From Cytophagales bacterium (GTDB lineage Bacteria; Bacteroidota; Bacteroidia; Cytophagales; MED-G16): a stretch of 64,000 nucleotides of DNA. Made by a program: the position numbers and the translations under genes. Below, piece after piece: positions 58,856 to 64,000 of this stretch. The notes under the pieces are model-generated. The model did no database searches, had not been told where the DNA came from, and worked only from the letters and a program-made list of their open reading frames with translations. The DNA is taken from contig JAPYTU010000001.1 of NCBI GenBank assembly GCA_029940715.1, forward strand, positions 1,940 through 65,939, in the 5' to 3' direction. Each line of letters begins with the position of its first letter. Position 1 is the first letter of the stretch.

Positions 58856-58882
58856 TGTTGATTATGTGTTGATTATGTGTTA
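58856..58882. repeat. Tandem 11-bp direct repeat TGTTGATTATG x2 plus a partial third copy
   Basis: TGTTGATTATG at 58856-58866 and 58867-58877, then TGTTA. An inverted partial copy TATCAACA lies at 58792-58799, and GTGTTAA/TTAACAC arms at 58877-58883 and 58901-58907. Confidence 0.6.
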
Positions 58883-59031
58883 AAAAAAAACATAAACATA
58901 TTAACACTTTAATTATAAATGTTTTATTTAAACTAATTAAACATAATAAATTTATTTGCTCTTAATATATTTTTTATCTAATTAAAAAATACTTTTTTTT
59001 AATTATTCTTGCTTTGGAAACAAAAACATAA

Positions 59032-61437
59032 ATGAACAAAATAACTATTAAAAAGGTAGCTGTAATTGGATCTGGAATTATGGGTTCAAGAATAGCTTGT
59101 CACTTTGCTAATATAGGAGTTAAGGTTTTACTTCTTGACATCTGCCCTAAAGAACTTTCTGAACAAGAAAAAAAGAAAGGGTTGAATTTAAAAGACAAAA
59201 TTGTTAGAAACAGAATTGTTACTAGTTCTTTTCTTAATACATTAAAAACAAAACCAAAATCTTTTTACCTTGACGAAAATAAAAAAAACATATCACTAGG
59301 AAATATTGAAGATGATATAAATAAAATCAGTGAAGTAGATTGGATAATAGAAGTTGTTGTCGAAAAGTTAGAAATAAAAAAAATAGTTTTTGAAAAAATA
59401 GAAGAATACAGAAAAAAAGGAACACTAATAACATCTAACACCTCTGGAATACCCGTAAAACAAATGATAGAAGGAAGAAGTTTTGATTTTGTTGAAAACT
59501 TTTGTGTAACTCATTTTTTTAATCCCCCTCGGTACATGAAATTATTAGAAATTGTTCCAGGTGAAAAAACAAAAAAAGAAATTACAGACTTTTTAATGTA
59601 TTATGGTTCTCTTTTTCTAGGAAAGGAAACGGTTTTATGTAAAGACACCCCTGCTTTTATTGCAAACAGGGTGGGTATTTATTCTATCATGTCAGCAATG
59701 CACACCATAGATGAAATGGAGCTTTCTGTTGGAGAGGTTGATTTTTTGACAGGACCAAAAATTGGGAGAGCAAAATCAGCAACCTTTAGAACAATGGATG
59801 TTGTTGGTTTAGACACCATAGTAAACGTATCAAATAATATTTCAAAAGACCTTCCAAAAGACGAATCAAAAGGAAAATTTAAATTACCTAAATCGGTCAA
59901 AGAACTATATAAAAGAAAATGGTGGGGAGATAAAACAAAACAAGGATATTATAAAAAAACAATTAATAAAAAAGGAAAAAAAGAAATTTTAGAACTTAAC
60001 CTAAAAACCTACGAATACGGCCCAAGAACAAAAGCAAAATTTAATGCTTTTAATGAGGCAAAAAACGCCAAAAATTTAAAAGAAAGATTAAAAATACTTG
60101 TCAACTATGACGATAAAGCAGGGGAATTTTATAGAAAAACCTTTTATGATTCTTTTAGGTATTGTTCTTTTAGAATACCAGAGATTACAGATGATCTTTA
60201 CAAGATTGATCAAGCAATTAAAGCCGGTTTTGCGTGGAAAACAGGACCCTTTGAAACATGGGATATGCTGGGGGTTGAAGAAACGGTAAAGAAAATGAAA
60301 AAAAACAATTTAACTCCAGCTAAATGGGTAGAAGAAATGTTAAAATCTAAAGTAAAAAGTTTTTATAAATACGAAAAAGGAAACAAATTTTATTATAACA
60401 TACCAACAAAAAAATACAAAAAAATTCCCGGAAGTGAAGGGCTAATAATTTTAGATGCTTTTAAAGAGAAAAACGTTGTGTGGAAAAACACAGGAACAAC
60501 CCTATATGATGTTGGGGACGGAGTTTTAAATCTAGAGTTTCATACAAAAATGAACACAATGGGAGCAGAGGTTGTTGAGGGAATAAATCACTCAATTACA
60601 ATAGCAGAAAAAAATTTTAAGGGAATCGTTATAGGAAATGAGGGAGATAATTTTTCTGCAGGAGCAAATCTTGGAATGTTGTTTATGTTGGCTGGAAACA
60701 GAGAATTTCAAGAAATTAATCTTATGATTGCTGCTTTTCAAAACACCATAATGAGGGTAAGGTTTTCTTCTATTCCTGTGGTGGTTGCAACCTCTGGTTT
60801 AACGTTAGGGGGGGGGTGTGAAATTTCTATGCACGCAGATGTTGTTAGGGCTCACACGGAAACATATATGGGACTTGTTGAGGCGGGCGTAGGAATAATA
60901 CCAAGCGGAGCCGGAACGAAAGAAATGACCCTAAGGACCTCTGACATGTATAGGAAAGGTGATCCAGAATTAAACATATTAATGGAAAACTTTATGACAA
61001 TAGCTACCGCTAAAGTTGCAACCTCATCAAAAGAAGCTGTCTCAATGAATTTGTTAAGAAACACAGACAAACACACATTAAGTAGATCAAAACTTCTTTC
61101 TGATGCCAAAAAAGATGTTATTAATTTGTTTGAAGCAGGGTATACACAAAAAAAAGAAAGAGATGATATAAAAGTTCAAGGCAAATCAGGTATCGCTATG
61201 TTTGAAGCTGGTGTTGCTAGTATGTTTTTTGGTAACTACATTTCTGAACACGACAAAAAAATAGCCCAAAAAATAGCGTATGTTATGTGCGGGGGAGATC
61301 TTTCTCAACCCTCTTTTGTTTCAGAAAGATATTTATTGGAATTAGAAAGAGAAGCTGTTGTTAGTTTATGTGGAGAGCCTAAAACATTAGAAAGAATGCA
61401 TGGAATATTATTTAAAAGAAAAACAATTAGAAATTAA
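59032..61437 (+). CDS. Bifunctional 3-hydroxyacyl-CoA dehydrogenase / enoyl-CoA hydratase (FadB/FadJ-like, dehydrogenase domain first)
   Basis: 801 aa. NAD fold VAVIGSGIMGSRIA at the N-terminus. Crotonase-like C-terminal half (GDNFSAGANLG...GLTLGGGCE). Confidence 0.85.
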   Translation: MNKITIKKVAVIGSGIMGSRIACHFANIGVKVLLLDICPKELSEQEKKKGLNLKDKIVRNRIVTSSFLNTLKTKPKSFYLDENKKNISLGNIEDDINKISEVDWIIEVVVEKLEIKKIVFEKIEEYRKKGTLITSNTSGIPVKQMIEGRSFDFVENFCVTHFFNPPRYMKLLEIVPGEKTKKEITDFLMYYGSLFLGKETVLCKDTPAFIANRVGIYSIMSAMHTIDEMELSVGEVDFLTGPKIGRAKSATFRTMDVVGLDTIVNVSNNISKDLPKDESKGKFKLPKSVKELYKRKWWGDKTKQGYYKKTINKKGKKEILELNLKTYEYGPRTKAKFNAFNEAKNAKNLKERLKILVNYDDKAGEFYRKTFYDSFRYCSFRIPEITDDLYKIDQAIKAGFAWKTGPFETWDMLGVEETVKKMKKNNLTPAKWVEEMLKSKVKSFYKYEKGNKFYYNIPTKKYKKIPGSEGLIILDAFKEKNVVWKNTGTTLYDVGDGVLNLEFHTKMNTMGAEVVEGINHSITIAEKNFKGIVIGNEGDNFSAGANLGMLFMLAGNREFQEINLMIAAFQNTIMRVRFSSIPVVVATSGLTLGGGCEISMHADVVRAHTETYMGLVEAGVGIIPSGAGTKEMTLRTSDMYRKGDPELNILMENFMTIATAKVATSSKEAVSMNLLRNTDKHTLSRSKLLSDAKKDVINLFEAGYTQKKERDDIKVQGKSGIAMFEAGVASMFFGNYISEHDKKIAQKIAYVMCGGDLSQPSFVSERYLLELEREAVVSLCGEPKTLERMHGILFKRKTIRN

Positions 61438-61441
61438 AATC

Positions 61442-62617
61442 ATGAAAGCATATATAGTAGCTGGATTTAGGTCAGCAGTAGGAAAAGCAAATAAAGGAGG
61501 GTTTAGGTTTATGAGATCAGATGATCTTGCGGCAAAAGTAATAAAACACCTTGTTGGTTCTATAAAAAATTTTGAAAACAAAATGGTTGATGACCTTATC
61601 GTTGGAAATGCTGTTCCCGAAGCAGAACAAGGTATGCAAATGGGTAGATATATCTCTCTTTTGGCTCTTTCAAAAGAAGTACCTGGAATGATAATAAATC
61701 GCTATTGTGGTTCGGGTCTTGAAGCTATACATTTAGCTTGCGCCAGAATACACGCAGGAACAGCAAACTGCATCGTTGCGGGAGGCACTGAGTCAATGAG
61801 CATGGTTCCTATGATGGGATATAAATCTGCTTTAAATTATACTATTTCAAAAGAACACCCCGATTATTACTTAAACATGGGGCTTACCGCAGAAGAATTA
61901 GCAAAAGAATATAGTATTACTAGAGAAATGTCAGACGAGTTTTCTTTAAACTCCCATCAAAAAGCAATAAACGCAATTAAAAAAGGATTTTTTAAAGACG
62001 AAATAGTATCAATAGATGTTGAAGAAACATATATTAACAAAGAAGGAAAAAAAGAATCGACAAACCAAACAATAAACACAGATGAGGGACCACGAAAAGA
62101 AACGTCTTTAAAGGTTCTTTCTAAACTTAAACCAGCGTTTAAAGTAATGGGCCAGGTTACGGCAGGAAACTCTTCACAAATGTCAGATGGAGCAGCGTTT
62201 GTTTTGGTGATGTCTGAAAAGATGGTTAAAAAATTAAAATTAGAACCAATAGCCCGAATGGTTTCTTATGCAACAGCGGGAGTAGAACCAAGAATTATGG
62301 GAATAGGACCAGCAAAAGCAATTCCTAAGGCACTAGCTCAAGCTGGAATGAAATTAAATCAAATTGAACAAATAGAATTAAACGAAGCTTTTGCTGCACA
62401 AGCGCTTTCTGTCATAAAAGCTGTGGGTTTAAATAAGAAAATAGTAAATGTAAATGGAGGAGCTATTGCTTTAGGTCATCCACTTGGAATGACTGGAGCT
62501 AAACTTTCAATACAACTTATTAATGAAATGAGGAGAAGAAAACAAAAATATGGAATGGTGACAGCTTGCGTTGGGGGAGGGCAAGGTGTTTGTGGAATTT
62601 TTGAAAGACTTAATTAA
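61442..62617 (+). CDS. fadA: Acetyl-CoA C-acyltransferase (3-ketoacyl-CoA thiolase)
   Basis: MKAYIVAGFRSAVGKA. Active-site NRYCGSGLEA, NGGAIALGHPLG, CVGGGQG. The ATG at 61442 follows the upstream stop; the track start at 61400 is an extension. Confidence 0.9.
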   Translation: MKAYIVAGFRSAVGKANKGGFRFMRSDDLAAKVIKHLVGSIKNFENKMVDDLIVGNAVPEAEQGMQMGRYISLLALSKEVPGMIINRYCGSGLEAIHLACARIHAGTANCIVAGGTESMSMVPMMGYKSALNYTISKEHPDYYLNMGLTAEELAKEYSITREMSDEFSLNSHQKAINAIKKGFFKDEIVSIDVEETYINKEGKKESTNQTINTDEGPRKETSLKVLSKLKPAFKVMGQVTAGNSSQMSDGAAFVLVMSEKMVKKLKLEPIARMVSYATAGVEPRIMGIGPAKAIPKALAQAGMKLNQIEQIELNEAFAAQALSVIKAVGLNKKIVNVNGGAIALGHPLGMTGAKLSIQLINEMRRRKQKYGMVTACVGGGQGVCGIFERLN

Positions 62618-63185
62618 TTTCAATAAGCATTTCTATTTCTACAGCAATGTTCATAGGAAGAGAAACCATTCCTATTGCTGAACGAGAATGTCGACCCCTT
62701 TCTCCAAAAACATCAACCATTAAATCAGAAAACCCGTTTATGACAGCGGGTTGTTCATTAAAGTCTTTTGTTGAGTTTACCATTCCCGTTACTTTAACTA
62801 TTCTTTTTACTCTATTTAAATCTCCTAGTTCTTTTTTTAATCTAGCCAAAAGGTTTATTCCAGCTAATTTAGCGGCCTCATAACCTTCTTCTTTTGAAAG
62901 GTCTAAGCCTATAGTACCAACTATATAAGAACCGTCGGGTTTTTTTGGCCCTGTTCCGGAAAGATAAAGCAATTTGTCTTCTAAAAAAGAAACGGCTGGA
63001 ACATAATTTGCGACAGGAGAGCTTGGCTCTGGAAGAACAATATTAAGAGTGGTTATTTTTTGTTCAACATCATAATTATAAAGATCTAAACTTTCTTTTT
63101 TGTTGGGTTTAATAACATTTTCACAACCAACAAAAGAGATAAAAAACACAAAAAAAGAAAATAAAAAACACATTTTCATAACCAT
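62610..63185 (-). CDS. RidA/YjgF-family protein with N-terminal lipoprotein signal
   Basis: The C-terminal ~150 aa match the RidA-like subfamily (LLYLSGTGP...GDLNRVKRIVKVTGMVNS...HSRSAIGMVSLPMNIAVEIE). The N-terminal extension FFVFFISFVGC is a lipobox. Confidence 0.7.
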   Translation of the reverse strand: MVMKMCFLFSFFVFFISFVGCENVIKPNKKESLDLYNYDVEQKITTLNIVLPEPSSPVANYVPAVSFLEDKLLYLSGTGPKKPDGSYIVGTIGLDLSKEEGYEAAKLAGINLLARLKKELGDLNRVKRIVKVTGMVNSTKDFNEQPAVINGFSDLMVDVFGERGRHSRSAIGMVSLPMNIAVEIEMLIEIN

Positions 63186-63194
63186 AAAGATATC

Positions 63195-63600
63195 TTAAAT
63201 TCCTATAAAAGTAACAACAATTTTTCTGGGTTTTGTGTTGTTTCTATGTTCACACAAATAAACACCCTGCCAAGTACCCAAACAAGGTAAGCCTTCTTTA
63301 ACAGGAAAAGAAACAGAAGAACCCAAAAGACTGCTTTTTATATGAGAAGTCATATCGTCAGGACCCTCAAGTGTGTGTGTAGTGTTTTTCTTTTTCTGAA
63401 ACCATCAAGTTAAAATGGTTTTCAAAATCAAAGCGAACAGAAGGATCAGCATTTTCGTTAATTGTTAGGCTTGCAGAGGTGTGTTTAATAAATACGTGAA
63501 CTAAACCTGTTTTTTTTGGAATAATATCCGACACTTTTTGTGTTATTATATGAAACCCTCTTTTTTTTGGTGATAAAATAAGTTCTTTTTGAAAAATCAT
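63195..63600 (-). pseudogene. yjbQ: YjbQ/UPF0047 family gene interrupted by a frameshift at an (AC)5 repeat
   Basis: The track ORF 63367-63600 encodes [20 protein letters not shown]...HTSASLTINENADPSV...KHYTHT then TGA. The +1 frame continues [58 protein letters not shown] to a stop at 63195. Together these give a full-length YjbQ. Confidence 0.75.
63371..63380. repeat. (GT)5 / (AC)5 dinucleotide microsatellite at the yjbQ frameshift site
   Basis: The plus strand reads GTGTGTGTGT at 63371-63380. Confidence 0.95.
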
Positions 63601-64000
63601 TAATTCCCACTTTTCATACGTTCAGCATTTTCGGCAATTCTTAGATTTTCTGTAAAAGAAAACAAATCCCCAGAGGTTACTTCTGGTAAGTTATAAACAG
63701 TGTGGTTTATTCTATGGTCTGTAACTCGTCCTTGTGGATAATTATAGGTTCTAATTTTATCTGATCTATCTCCAGACCCAACCATAACTTTTCTTTTACC
63801 CGCAATTTCTTTTTCTTGTTTTTGGATTTCTATATCGTATAAACGAGACCTCAAAACCTTTAAGGCTTTATCATAGTTTGCGTGTTGTGAGCGACCATCT
63901 TGGCACTCAACAACAACACCAGAAGGAACATGGGTGAGCCTCACCGCAGACTCTGTTTTATTAACATGTTGACCACCAGCTCCAGAAGCTCTATAAGTAT
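63600..64000 (-). CDS. prfA: Peptide chain release factor 1, C-terminal part (gene continues past the right edge)
   Basis: The reverse complement from the window end reads [41 protein letters not shown]...[16 protein letters not shown], i.e. the GGQ motif and the RF1-type [10 protein letters not shown]. The track start at 63944 is an internal GTG. Confidence 0.9.
   Translation of the reverse strand, partial: TYRASGAGGQHVNKTESAVRLTHVPSGVVVECQDGRSQHANYDKALKVLRSRLYDIEIQKQEKEIAGKRKVMVGSGDRSDKIRTYNYPQGRVTDHRINHTVYNLPEVTSGDLFSFTENLRIAENAERMKSGN

Noticed and set aside
42299-64000. Impression that the right third of the window has a different sequence 'style' from the left part: more AAC/CAA/GTT, long A-runs, occasional G6-8 runs such as 46644-46650 and 60808-60817, and nearly all genes on the plus strand. 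Considered as a possible foreign island or chimeric join.
   Set aside because: Spot GC counts on sample lines were similar on both sides (about 28-38 % versus 17-35 %). The genes are core housekeeping (mfd, mnmG, ybeY, prfA). No mobility genes or tRNA borders are present. A proper k-mer or GC-skew computation would be needed to claim anything.

Overview
This 64-kb window is a very AT-rich, extremely gene-dense stretch of what looks like a Bacteroidota (Flavobacteriia-type) chromosome. Lineage clues: a T9SS C-terminal sorting domain, a GldJ-like lipoprotein, a TonB-dependent receptor with a CarboxypepD_reg N-domain, a bacterial GH3 homologue, a DUF6702/HupE-UreJ/M1-peptidase cluster, and TAnnTTTG-type -7 promoter boxes. 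I call about 54 protein genes. Most are housekeeping: mutS (partial), fumC, map, lptB, glmM, mazG, radA, rluD, pheA, glyA, tatC, rpiB, rbfA, polA, mfd, ybeY, mnmG, prfA (partial). There is also an iron/heme-type uptake region (HmuY-like lipoprotein + TonB-dependent receptor, and an Fe3+-type ABC transporter), several secreted metallopeptidases, and a beta-oxidation pair. I found no rRNA, tRNA, CRISPR array, transposase, integrase, phage gene or recognisable defence system, so this reads as core genome rather than an accessory island. By my coordinates only about 1.8 kb (about 3 %) is intergenic, and every convergent gene pair abuts or overlaps at its stop codons. I did not find a clear-cut novel multi-gene system. 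The best leads are: (1) a DUF1800/DUF1501 pair whose DUF1501 member carries both a Tat signal and a T9SS sorting domain; (2) a 963-aa HExxH / PD40 beta-propeller / beta-barrel fusion protein; (3) two unannotated convergent mini-ORFs for single-pass membrane peptides in the only large convergent spacer; (4) an array of direct and inverted repeats in the longest spacer, upstream of the beta-oxidation genes; (5) a yjbQ-family gene broken exactly at an (AC)5 microsatellite, directly downstream of prfA. All functional calls rest on motif recognition by eye. No database search was run.
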